A DNA stretch of 52,655 nt, the filler included, from Sphacelaria rigidula (taxonomy: Eukaryota): assembly GCA_964200075.2 (NCBI GenBank). It is 4 parts of 4 records of this genome, joined end to end, with 100 filler letters (N's around TTAATTAATTAA, not from the genome) between each part and the next. Parts side by side here need not be neighbours in the genome. Positions count along the whole stretch, not along the records: positions 1 to 13,092 come from CAXNAA020003156.1; positions 13,193 to 26,280 come from CAXNAA020003157.1; 2 more parts are not named here. One strand, given 5' to 3'. The notes beneath the pieces were generated by a model, which worked only from the letters and a program-made list of their open reading frames with translations, made no database searches and was not told the DNA's origin. Position 1 is the first letter of the stretch, and every line of letters starts with the position of its first letter. Positions 12,082-23,093 of this stretch are shown in pieces. The translations under genes and the position numbers were made by a program.

Positions 12082-13092
12082 TTATCCGGCTGTGTTGTAG
12101 TGTCCCCCCACAGTAGTAGACCCCGGTGTCGCCGTTGCTGTGTGTGCTGCCGCGTTGATGTTGTTGTTGTTACCACCTTGTCCGCTATTGTTGTTCACGC
12201 CTCCTTGTCCACTGTTGTTGTTGAAGCGGCCTTGTCCGCTGTCGCTGAAGCGGGATTGTCCTTGCTGCCGTGGTCCGCTGTTGTGATGTGGTCCTCGGCC
12301 GCGTTGCCCTTGCTGCCGCTGATCGTCAGGATCGTTGCCCCAGTGTTGTTGCGCCTTGCAGGTCGAATAGTCGTCAAGACTGGTTTTGTGTAAGGAGCAC
12401 CACCAGTTACTTCTTCCCCCTCCGTTGTTTCTTGTGCTCTTCTTGTTGTTTCGCTTGAAGCAGTTATTGATGTCATGACCAGGCTTTTTGCAGTAGTAGT
12501 TGCAGTATTTTGCCGTTGTGGCGGTCATCGCCGAGGTGTGACCCTTCGCTGCACATGAAAGCCCGTCTTCTGCGACACGGTTTGCGAACATGTTCCTCGT
12601 GATGAACATGGCGTCTTCAAGATTGAAAGTGTCTTGCGACTCCGCAAGCAGTTGAATCTGGGCGTACTCGTCCCTCAGCCCATCCAGGATGATGTCCAGT
12701 ATCTCGTCGTCCATAATCACTCGACCCATCTCCGCCAGTTCATCTCGCCACGAAAATAGCTCGCTGCAGAAGACGTCCGGGTCTTGACCTTGCTACATTC
12801 TCATGTTAGACAGCCTTTTGCCATAGTTCGACGCCACTGGCGTGAAGGGTTCTTGTATTTTTCCACCGGACCATTCCGAGCGGCGATGCCGATTGGCAAA
12901 ATGCCTGGTCTAGGCTTGTACTTTAGGGGAAAGCTTGCTGACGGTCCTGCCGTACTCAAGAACAGGAAGTGGAACAGGATCTTGTTGATCATGTGCCACT
13001 CCCGGATGTCCTCGACGTTCTGGACGTTGTCATCCATCTCCCACATCACAGAAGTAGGAGTCTCGCCGCTTGTTGAAGTCGGCTCATCTGGT
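12082..13092 (-). pseudogene. Copia gag (frameshifted) with zinc knuckle
   Basis: DEILDIILDGLRDEY gag-like segment and CNYYCKKPGHDINNC knuckle; frameshift near 12790. Confidence 0.88.
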
Positions 13093-13192
13093 NNNNNNNN
13101 NNNNNNNNNNNNNNNNNNNNNNNNNNNNNNNNNNNNTTAATTAATTAANNNNNNNNNNNNNNNNNNNNNNNNNNNNNNNNNNNNNNNNNNNN
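13093..13192. other. Artificial contig linker (44 N + TTAATTAATTAA + 44 N)
   Basis: Identical 100-bp spacer with six-frame stop cassette, repeated at 26281 and 39469; flanking contigs are 13092/13088/13088/13087 bp, i.e. length-sorted. Confidence 0.98.
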
Positions 13193-14011
13193 CCCGAAAG
13201 AGATGGGTGGTCAATGGGCAAACGACAAAGGGATGAAAAAAAAGAGTACGCCCCCCCCCCCCCCCCCCACCCCGAAATCTCCGAAAAGATTGAAGGTAGA
13301 TTTCTTGACCAGGTGAAGCAATACACCAATTCAAGACTGAATACAGATTTCTCCGGAAATCTAACGTCACAGTTTTGTTCAGTACTTCGTTCTTGGGGAG
13401 AAGTAGGGGGGAGGGGGGGCAGAGAGAAAGAAAGCTGAAAAAAACTGAAAAACAAATGTCACGTGAATAAGTCCCATTATTGGAAGCTGACTTGTAACAC
13501 TAAACGAGTCGGACGTTGACTTTTCGCCCTTTGTTTTTGTAATCATTTTTTTGATACCGTATTATTTGCATTCTGACAGGGGTGGACACAAGCGGTTGAG
13601 CATCGTCAGTATGAGTTCACAAAGGCGATGATATTCGGGAAGAAACGCAAATCTTTTGTACGAGAAAAAAACAGATATTACGTGATGTACAGTCTTCGAT
13701 GAAGTACGCGACCAAAACAATATACCTTACGGTTAGAGCGAACAGTTGTTGCCCCCAACTTAGGTATCATGCGTATGAATATACACAATTTCAGCGAAGG
13801 TGACGATAGTCACAGGTACAAAACTTGCGTTTTCCGTGTTGTAGGATATTTTGCTGTTGGTAATCCATGAGCATACCCCGCAATTCGTACGTAGTGCTTG
13901 TTCGACAATTCATGAGTTTCTCCCCTGCCCCCTTTGGTCCCGCACTTGCGCTGTGCATCTCTCTCTCTCTCACTTCTTGCGGGATCCTATATGTCTCCGA
14001 ACATCTCCGAG

Positions 14012-14176
14012 GTATGGCTGGCGATGTACCATCTCATGTGTGAGGAGGAGTGTCGCAGGCGATATCACTTCAACTCCATGCGCAAGGGCAATATTTTGAG
14101 GGTTCGCAAGTACCTTAACGACATACTCTTGGATCAACTGCCTGTGCTGGCTGGTGTTCAACGGTAAGCTTGAGAA

Positions 14177-14246
<70 letters not shown>

Positions 14247-16958
14247 AACGAAAGACCGCCGAGTAAATAAACCGATAATTTCAGTTTTTTCGTGTTTAAC
14301 CTCTGTGATTATATATATTTTTGTTTTGTCTCATACCCAATTTTGTTTTTATTTTTAGCGAGCGTTTCCGTTTTGTTCACCTTGGGTACCTCTACGATCT
14401 CGTGACCATGGCTGGCTCCCTCGAGGATTAGTGAATGTAGTGCGACAATCAATCAATCAATCGATCAATCATGACGATCACGTGGGTCTTGACTGGTCTG
14501 TAGTATCTCCGATGCTCGCGCAGCCGTTCAGTCCATGGTCATCTATGTCTATACACACGGGCATGCGGTATTCGCGCCGGGGTTTGATATGGCTAAGCGA
14601 GGCGAGGCAATTGTATCATCGTGGTCCTGGCGCTTTCCCTACAGCTATGTGTTGTGGACAGCCGTTTTGAAATAGGACTTCATGCCGTGTGTGGCGGAGC
14701 TATATGGTGTAGAGCTATTTCCTGTCCCGCACCTGCGACGTTCTTGAAAAAACAAATGTTTGTGCTGTAGGGCCAGGCTGGCCACCATCACACAACACAC
14801 TTAACACAAGACATGACATTGAACACAGAAGGACATGCAAACGGACAAAGCGCGCGCGAAGATGATATCTTTCTCTTCCGTGTAGTTCGAGTTTTCACTT
14901 CGCTTTTTATGCCGAGCACTCGGGCTCGCGTGTACTTACCTCGATAACTCTCCTACGTAACGGTTGGAGGCGGAAGTCAGAAATCATGTTGACGGCCGTC
15001 CGTCGTCGAACACGGAGTATTTGACAAAGTGTCACTATGTGCTGTTTGGGCGTGTGTTTTCTAGCAGGCATGTGGATATAGTGCTTTGTCACGTTGGCGG
15101 TTGAAGATAAAGGTGATATCCATACCCAACAACCTTTACTTCATTGATGTTCATGGATGTAGGGGTATCGTGTGTATTTTTCATGGGTGGGCTTTCCGAG
15201 CAGGAGCGTGGAACGGTGCGATACAATGTCTGCTTGATGATTGACTGATTGATTGATTGATTGATCATCTCACATTAGCTGATTGCAACAATCCAGCCCG
15301 TGGTCAGGAGCAGCAAAAATAGAACAGAATAATAAAAAAATACGAAAAAGAAGAAGAAAGGAACAGAAAAACGACAGAAGCAACGGCCTCAGAAAGGAAA
15401 CAATGGGGGCAGCGATAACAACAAAAACCACCACCACCACCACCAATTTGATGCATTCGTACTTATCCAGGTATATGGACGAACTGACGATCATGGAGGT
15501 TCCTGAACCACCAGGCGTGGGGGTTGCCGGCGGGCTTTTGATGGAGCAGATACCTGAGGTGATCCCGCCTCCTCCCCCCTTTCCCTATTAAGGGTTGACG
15601 ATGGTTGGCAACGAAGCTGTAAGACACGCCACCCACTGCGTAAACTAGGCGACCAGATTATCGTCTTTTTTGGGCTTGCGATTTTTCGCGGTAACCATGG
15701 TGGAGGTCGAGCCACATCATGTTGTGCGGGGTGGGAGGACCTCAACTCTGCGCGAAGGGGGTGATCGTACTACGTAGTGTTTACATGGTGAGACAACCAT
15801 GAGGCAGGGTGTAACCCGTGGCTGTCTCTGGAAGTGACGACACCAGAAAATGAAGCAATGCATCCGAGGCTGCCGTTCATATATAGCATCACCAGTACGT
15901 CGAGCCGAACAATCTTCGCAGGATGCAGCTTACCCTTTATGCGACGCATCGAACACATCACGGCGCTTCACGCTTGGTGATTGATTGTGAGCCTGGCCAT
16001 TGATTGTGAGCCTGGTCCGGCGAAGACCCGGCGTGCTCCGTCCCGGCTTTGTAGGGATGCGAGGTCAATGGTCTTATGGCTACGGCATGCAACATCATGA
16101 GCACACGTCCACCCCTCAGCCTTCCCCCACGGCAATCCTCAAATTCATGGACCCATCGGCGACACGTCCTCATTGGGAGCGTCTGCCCCTCTGTATATTT
16201 TAACATATAGCATGAAGGAGCATCTCGATACATGGCTGAAGGTCTGGCTCGTGCAAAACAAATCCAGCGGAGTTCGAAGGGTTGCGTGTGGTGCCTCAAA
16301 AAAATTGCGTGCGCGTCTTTTTGTTACCACGCGCCGGTCATGGTTTTTGGTACTATCTCGGGTAGTGGGTTAACAACATTCATCTTTGCCTAGATCGACA
16401 CCCGCATGATGATAAAATGCAAATAATCCGTGCTGTCCCTCCCTCCTCCCCTCCCCCTTCCATCCCGCCCTCGCCCCCTCCACCCTCTTCCTTGGGCCCT
16501 GCAACAAAGCCCTGTTTAGGTAAACACACCAACGCAGGACACGCAGGGGTAGATAGACCTGTACTCTCGTCTTGCAGCTTAATGCGCACAGACACACACA
16601 CACAGAAGTCGCAAATAGACCCGGAAGAACATGGACACGTTGCATATATCAGACAGTATACTGTGCGTTCAAGGCAACATGCCTTCACATCTTGCTTGGG
16701 AGCAGAACATGTCTCACAAAGGTGGAGACGTCAATCTTGGAATTTCAACGACCATTCTACTGTATGTTGTTGCCCTGTCCGTCACTGCGAACTACTCGGC
16801 AGGTCCGAGAGGGCCTGACGAAAGATCAGGATTGGGGTGAGCTGGCGGCAAAGGCAGCGAAAGGAATTTTCTCGGAGTACGATGATGCTAATGATCCAGA
16901 TGTCTCTAGCGTGGCCACCATGTTTGTGGATGGTGGAGATGCGAGCAGTTGGGGTTGA
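14012..16958 (+). CDS. ZMYND10: ZMYND10/BLU-like dynein-arm assembly factor, 3' exons 14012-14163, 15471-15558, 16803-16958 (5' part off-contig)
   Basis: Phase-consistent GT-AG splicing gives VWLAMYHLMCEEECRRRYHFNSMRKGNILRVRKYLNDILLDQLPVLAGVQRYMDELTIMEVPEP..LLMEQIPEVREGLTKDQDWGELA, matching ZMYND10 motifs as I recall them (VWLALYNLL, LLDQLP, LEQIPE). Confidence 0.85.
14177..14245 (+). repeat. (CAA)n microsatellite in intron
   Basis: About 22 perfect units. Confidence 0.98.
14330..14470 (+). repeat. (ATCA)n-tailed retroposon 3' end family; related copies 32150-32340 (+), 36945-37200 (-), 15233-15420 (-)
   Basis: Shared gacca(c/t)ggctgg...gtgcgacaatcaatcaa motif preceded by T-rich tract. Confidence 0.65.
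15600..16130 (+). repeat. Dispersed repeat family RF1, longest copy (intronic)
   Basis: Joins the segments seen separately at 4025-4232 and 2770-3055. Confidence 0.7.
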
Positions 16959-18017
16959 GGTGGGGGGGGCAGTCGACGTTCGTGCTAGTGCTGGTGCTTC
17001 TGCTTTTCCTGCTGCCAACAAAAATAGAAACCAACGATGCCCAAGATAGGAGAGCTGATCAAGAGCGAGAGAGAGGGCAGGGCGACGGGGATGGCTGTTG
17101 TTGTGCCTCCGCTCGGAGCAACTGACGTTGAATGTACTCGATGTAGAAGTAGACGTTTGATGTTGTGAGTGCACCTTCAGAGTTGAGTTGCTTCGCGCGA
17201 ATTTTTCATGTGGACGTTTGTTACATGCACGTAAGTGTATGCCCAGTGAGTGGTTTGACTTGATGTTTTTCAGATTCGATGCATGTGATTGAGAAGGCGC
17301 AAAGGGAGGAGCTCACGCCTCTGCGGTGGACGCACTTGTTCTGACGCAAACGACGATCTTCCTGTTCTTATGTGTGCCGGTTGTCCTCACCACGAGAGTG
17401 TGGTAAACTCGATTTTGACATGCCGGACCGTGTAGGCAGCACAAGTCAGTCAGGTGCTTTTGGTCGGTCAGGGAGGCAGGAGCATCCTGCCTGCCTGTAA
17501 TTTTTCAGATGCGCGTCTGTCTGATGTGATTATCGAGCAAGGGGCGAAATTCTATCTCGCTACGAGTGTTTTATCTCGCCGCAAGTTAAAAAATAAATGA
17601 AACGACTCAATCCATGATTTGCGGGTGGCACAAGGACGAGTAAATACATGATGGTCCTCCCAAAAAATAAAAGGCACGAGTACAAGGTAATTGTTTTTGG
17701 CCCACCCCTAGAATTTCTCGTGGATACGGAGTCTACAAAAAATGCAACAGGGGAGCATCACCATCACCGGGAACTAGGTGAGCCGACTCCTCCCTGAAGG
17801 AAAAAGCGGGTAGACAGGATTTTGTGTAGGTTTACTTGGTGATACTCTTGATTCTATGGTCTCAGATCTTAACCGAATGGCTTTATCACAAGTGTCTACT
17901 GATGGTTTTCTCGTGTAGCTCAATTTAGGTACGTAGTCAGCCTGTGACCACGGAGAAAGGCGTTCGCACCAGGTGCCGGATGTTATAAGGTACTGCACAG
18001 AGATCGCAGCGCTTTTA

Positions 18018-18310
18018 AATGTGAAGACAACAACAACTCTAGGACTCAAGGATATTGTATGTTAGATCGGAACGCTTTCTAACCCTCAGACCGCGAGGGT
18101 AGTCCATCTCGATCGTCACGCATACTTTTTTCGGGTGAAATTGATGCAGACTCAACAGATGACTTGTTGCACTCTCGTCGTCTAAGGGTTAACAACGTGA
18201 TAAAGACGAAACAACTTTGGGGCTCAAGGATCCGTTAGAACGGAACGCAAATTCACATGAAGACAACAACAACTTCAAGGCAATAAAGGCCCAACGATCC
18301 GTTTGAGGGT
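18018..18310 (+). repeat. Degenerate ~60-70 bp tandem repeat, three units, interrupted by a MITE
   Basis: Recurring gaagacaacaacaact..caaggat..gttaga.cggaacgc units. Confidence 0.7.
18083..18188. mobile_element. piggyBac-type mini-MITE (~105 bp)
   Basis: CCCT...AGGG termini, CTAA/TTAA flanks; same family as 44708-44805 and 45385-45688. Confidence 0.8.
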
Positions 18311-21300
18311 ACAGTAGAGAGACTAACATTATTGCGTGCGTTTCTAAACAAATGGCATGCTACATTATTATACAGAGGATACAGTCCGTACACATCGCGC
18401 CAAGTGTTTTTCCGTTTCCCACTTCGCTCCACCACCTACTACTTCTCACTGGGTGTGCAGTGTTCCCACGAAAAACTGTCAAATTCCGTGTTTTCAAGCC
18501 ATGATAGTCATGAGGTCAGTCCGCCGCCGCATCTATCTGAGTATCGTCGGTAGACACATTGCATCGCGCTTTTTGATTGGCATGCAGCCTGGCCTGTGGC
18601 GTCCTGAGATCCTGCCGACGTCCTGGTGGCGCCAACTTGACGTCTAGGACTACACGTATGAATGCATACGCGGACTCCAAGTACGAATGCATACGTAGGC
18701 TACACACATACGAATGCATACGACTACAGTGATGTGGTCTTCAACGCTACTAACATTACAATATCGTTGCGAGGGCGCGGCGAAGGGGTACAATAGCAGT
18801 TTCGAGCTACGCGGTCCATGTTTCCGGCTTCTGGGCATTCATCACGATTCATCACTCATATTGTCAGAGGTCAGAGGTTGAGACCTGTCAGGTACTCACC
18901 CAATCAAAGGCGAACCGGGAAGACAAGTTGTCCCTTTTCGCAAGTTCCGCCGCATTTACTGCTTGCAACATTCACCCGCCCTTTCGTGCTTCGGACGCGC
19001 TTGTCGTAACTCATGAGAGGCAGGTCGCGCTATACCCAGTGCGACAAACACCTTGCATCCAAACGGTGAGATGTGGCGTGAACTCTCTCATAGTTGTAGA
19101 TGATCCACACCGAAGACGCTATTCATTGCCAAACGGATCGCCACTTTCGCTTGATACACCCAAGCCGGCTGTGCAACGCACGCTACATATATATCTACAT
19201 ATAGAAATACAAACAACACTCAGTATCTACAGTAACAGCTGTCCCTGTACAGTAGAGGATCCTATCTTATGGGTTGGTTGCGTCGACGAACAATAGAGAG
19301 TGCACGAGCTAGCTGGGCGCCCTAAAAGATTGTTTTCGCAGGTGGTTGGTGCTGGAGTTGTTCCAAGAAGTGATGATCAGGTGACGAAGTCGGCGACTTG
19401 ATGAACAAAACACCCTGTAACCGCGCGTGCTCTGCAAATTCGCAAGTTTGAATTTGCAAATTTGCGCACATCATACGTAGTGTACTGAGTGTAGTATAGG
19501 CACTTGCACTATTGACTGTGCTGTTGCTGTGGGGTACGAGTGCGAAGTGTCCTGCAGTTTACTGTATTCGGGAGATACAGTAGACTATACGAAGCCGTTG
19601 CCTCATTCCTCGGGAATGAGATCGCGTAGCTGGGCTTTCAATTGTAGTAACGTGATTGACGCACGTTGGGTGTAGACACAGCAGTACGTGTGTGGGTGGG
19701 AAGGATGCGATGTCGCCAAACAGTTTCAAGCCATTTCAACCCGTTGCAGGTGTACATATATTACTCTACAGTAGTACACCCCTACTGTCAGGCTGACGTT
19801 GTCTCAGTATACTGAACTGTACTGTGTACGTGCTTTTTTGTGTTCGGGAGAAAACGAGTGTGCGTCCCAGCACCAGCAACAAACGGCATACGTTTATGCA
19901 AGCGAACATCACCTAATGCAATGAAGCAAGCACTTCGCCAACACGATCGTGTTTGCCTTACAAAGTACCAAAAAAAGGGCGCGCTATTCCTCGACCACAC
20001 ATCACACACAGTACTCTGCTTTCACAGTACACGAAATGCTGTTAGTGGAGGATTGTGCCCTCCCCCCTCCCTCACCTCATCATACACACTTACATCCCCT
20101 CCCCCTCCTGTATTCGCGGGATGCGAATGCTGTATACCGAGTGCTACGAGTGTGCAGTGGTTCGTTTAGTGGTGCTATTACATTTTCTCTGGTCGTCTGG
20201 CGAGGTGTACTTCGTCTGAATTTCAGATTTTAATTTCATGGCCCGTTCCTACGGCAGCTCTGTCGCGTGGTCTTGACAGCTTTACTTTCCAAGGCCACCA
20301 GCATTGAACCCGCGGAGGGTCGCAAGCAGAAAATGAATGGCAGCGCTTATCCCTGCGTAGTATTTGGATCTATGAAGCAGGCTCTTCGATCGCAAATCGT
20401 TGTGGTCGTGGAGTGATACCGTCCTGAACAAAACGAACAAAATGGTCGCCGTGTTTGCTTCCTTCGCACATGAAAACACGAAGCGACCGTTGAAAAAAAT
20501 TGGAAGCTGCGGATGACTCTCACCTACGTGTACGTAAACATCTTCGTTTGTTTGTTTTTCCCTGTGCGCCTGCCGTATCAGAGTTAGTGTCTTATTTTCT
20601 GTTACGTTGTCAATCGAGGGTTCCTGCTCACGAGCGTGGTCTCCACACAGATAGCTCAGCCGCACCTTGCTTCCACTTCCACGCCCCTTCTTCTTGCACT
20701 CCCTACTCTCTGAATCCCTGCTAGGTTCATGTCGGTCTTTTTTCTAGGGTTTCCTTTAGTGAGCATGTCGTTCATGGAGCTTGGGCACGTCGATCTTGTG
20801 ATGACAGCTGAAATCGTGCTGAATCGGCCAGTGAATGTGCGACAATCGACTTCAGTTCGCGTCTGGACTCCAACGTTGGAAAAACGACCTGTTATCCGGC
20901 TCTATTCGTTATCTGGTTTTGGGTAGATCTAGGTCCACCTAGAAAGTATGGCGGGAAAATAAACGAGCGGTGCCCTTAACCCGAGGCACGGCCTGGACAA
21001 CATTCCATGAATGTAGTATCCTAGGCCTATGTAAAGATAGAGGTTTGATGTTGTTATTCATAAACTGTAGAGGCCCCTCGCTCCCAGCGCGGTCGCGCTT
21101 GCCGGTATCCGCACGGCACCTAGGCACGGGCGCACAGGATCCAGCGGTGTCTACTTCTCAGCTACACAGAAGAAGTTATGATTCACAAAATCTATTCATT
21201 CGTGGATGAGGACCAGCAAATCGCGCGAGAATTCAACACAGAAACGGGCGTCGTACGCGCCGTCTCCACCATTTTAACTGCGCCATGGCTGCGTAAACCA

Positions 21301-21576
21301 TCGTTACCGTTTAGTTGTGGTGAGATCCAACCCCCAGAAACACTAAGCTCAGTTGACCAAGAGCAACGGATCGTTGCATGTGTTGTTGCAACGTCGGTAG
21401 CAGAACTCGTGCGGGGTAGAGGTATATTGTTGTTTTGATCATAGCCACACCAGTCGCTCGTTACGAAATTGTCACGGTCCCGCGTTTCCCAATTCGCTTC
21501 CCTGTTCATTTTTTTTACAGCTTCCGAAAGGGTCTCGACCCTGAGACGTTCCCGAGGGCTACAGAAGAAGGTTATT

Positions 21577-21823
21577 GACACTTCCTACCATAGCTCTCCC
21601 CAAAACCAGCCCAAAACTGTCACGAAGAAAATAGTCATACAGCGCCTGATGCTTGGTTTCAGGCTGTATGGAGCGCCTCACATGGGCGACACTGGTGAAA
21701 ACGAACCCAACCGTAGGAATTCTCAGCTGCTCGTTGTGCTCAGCTTTATCCATTTCGATTCACGTGTAGGTTTTGCCTCCCCAAACCAGCCACTTTGGGG
21801 GGGCAACTATCGTAGAAAGTGTC
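21577..21823. mobile_element. MITE family M4 (247 bp, 4-bp TSD)
   Basis: GACACTT...AAGTGTC termini, TSD TATT (21573-76, 21824-27); reverse-orientation homologue of 10019-10268. Confidence 0.92.
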
Positions 21824-21846
21824 TATTACGAAAAAAAATCAAGTTA

Positions 21847-22081
21847 GGGTCGTTATTGACGGAGATTTTTTCGTGTGAGATTTTTCCGATTTTTTCGGGA
21901 AAAAAGAATTTCCTTCCCGAAAAATATCATGGTGGATTTCTCAACCAGGTCAAGAGGTATAAGTATTTAATATAATACTGACTACATATTACTCGGAAGA
22001 TCTAGCGTTGAATTTCTTTTCCAGCATTTTTCTTTTCAAAATCGAAAACTTCTTGGCAAAAAGTCCCGTTAATAGCGACCC
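21847..22081. mobile_element. PIF/Harbinger (Tourist-like) MITE, 235 bp
   Basis: TIRs GGGTCGyTATTrACGG; TTA on both flanks; more distant relative at ~13260-13480. Confidence 0.85.
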
Positions 22082-23093
22082 TTAGTTTATTCGAAATTGT
22101 GATTTTTTTTTCTGGGGTTGACACACGACCACAAGCAATCGATAAATCGATCGATCAACTGATAAATCAGTCACTCGATTAACAACGACGATAAAGCCTT
22201 AGTGCCGTGCAAGAATTTATTCTGTGGTACAGGGTTTTCCACGGAACGGAGCCATTTTCTGCAACTCGCTGTGACGTCGAGTTGTGGCGACATAATTAAC
22301 CTTCTACTTCGAAGCATTTGCTTTAATGCATAAGATGTGTTGAACCCCACTCTGGCGTGCGGCGCATTGCGACTACACGCAATCGTTGGCTTGAAACTAC
22401 TGACAGGTATTTACTCGGCCTTCCTAGTGTGCCGCAGCGTTGACTACTCAAGTTTGGTATCGGCCAGTCGACTACTAGGATGAAACATAACCTCTATTAA
22501 CCACTTGCCTACAGTGTGGACTGAGTATTGGCAGCCTCAATCCCATACTTACTGCTGCGCTCGCCCTGGCACTAACATGGCGTCAGTTCTTGGCATTTTT
22601 TCCGGAGCCCTGTTTAATCATGTGTGTACTGTAGGGACCCACAAATACCCGGGGTCGGCGCCGCTTTGCTCTGGTGTATCCGTTCCCCATCTCAAATGCA
22701 GTGAATGACGGGCACATACGTCTACTCCCTAGCCCGGAATCCACCATATACTGTACCGGACATTACCATCGTACGAAGTTTGGCACCTTGGTCTTCTGTT
22801 CTTGGTTCTTTCGCTACTGTTCGCTTCGGCCGTTCGACGGAATGAACGTTTTTCCACGCGTCACTCGCAATGGGACCCACACGACCTTCCCCATCGATCC
22901 GAAAACCGAGCAGTAATAGTCAACAGCTACAGTATTACACGATCGCCGTGCCTCCCGCACCCGCCAGCAGGGGACAGACGGGCGGCATTTGGACATGCTA
23001 CAATAGTCTGGAGACACAGAAGGAGAGCTAGCAAGTTCAAATTTGTCACCTGTTTTTATCAGACGGCAAGAGAGGGAGTAACGCAGGTGGCAG

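Larger units (their letters stand above)
8376..13092 (-). mobile_element. Decayed Ty1/copia LTR retrotransposon, internal region (gag-PR-IN-RT-RH); 5' end cut by contig end
   Basis: Copia domain order with integrase before RT; several frameshifts; MITE insertion at 10019-10268; no LTR identified. Confidence 0.97.

Noticed and set aside
13137..13148. TTAATTAATTAA as a biological palindrome or regulatory site
   Set aside because: It sits identically in all three N gaps and is an assembly spacer.
18018..18310. CRISPR-like repeat-spacer array
   Set aside because: Units are degenerate, the apparent spacer is a MITE, the context is eukaryotic and no cas genes are present.
20282..22900. Minus-strand gene between ZMYND10 and the ankyrin-like gene
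   Set aside because: Some exon-like stretches exist, but no phase-consistent model or recognisable motif.
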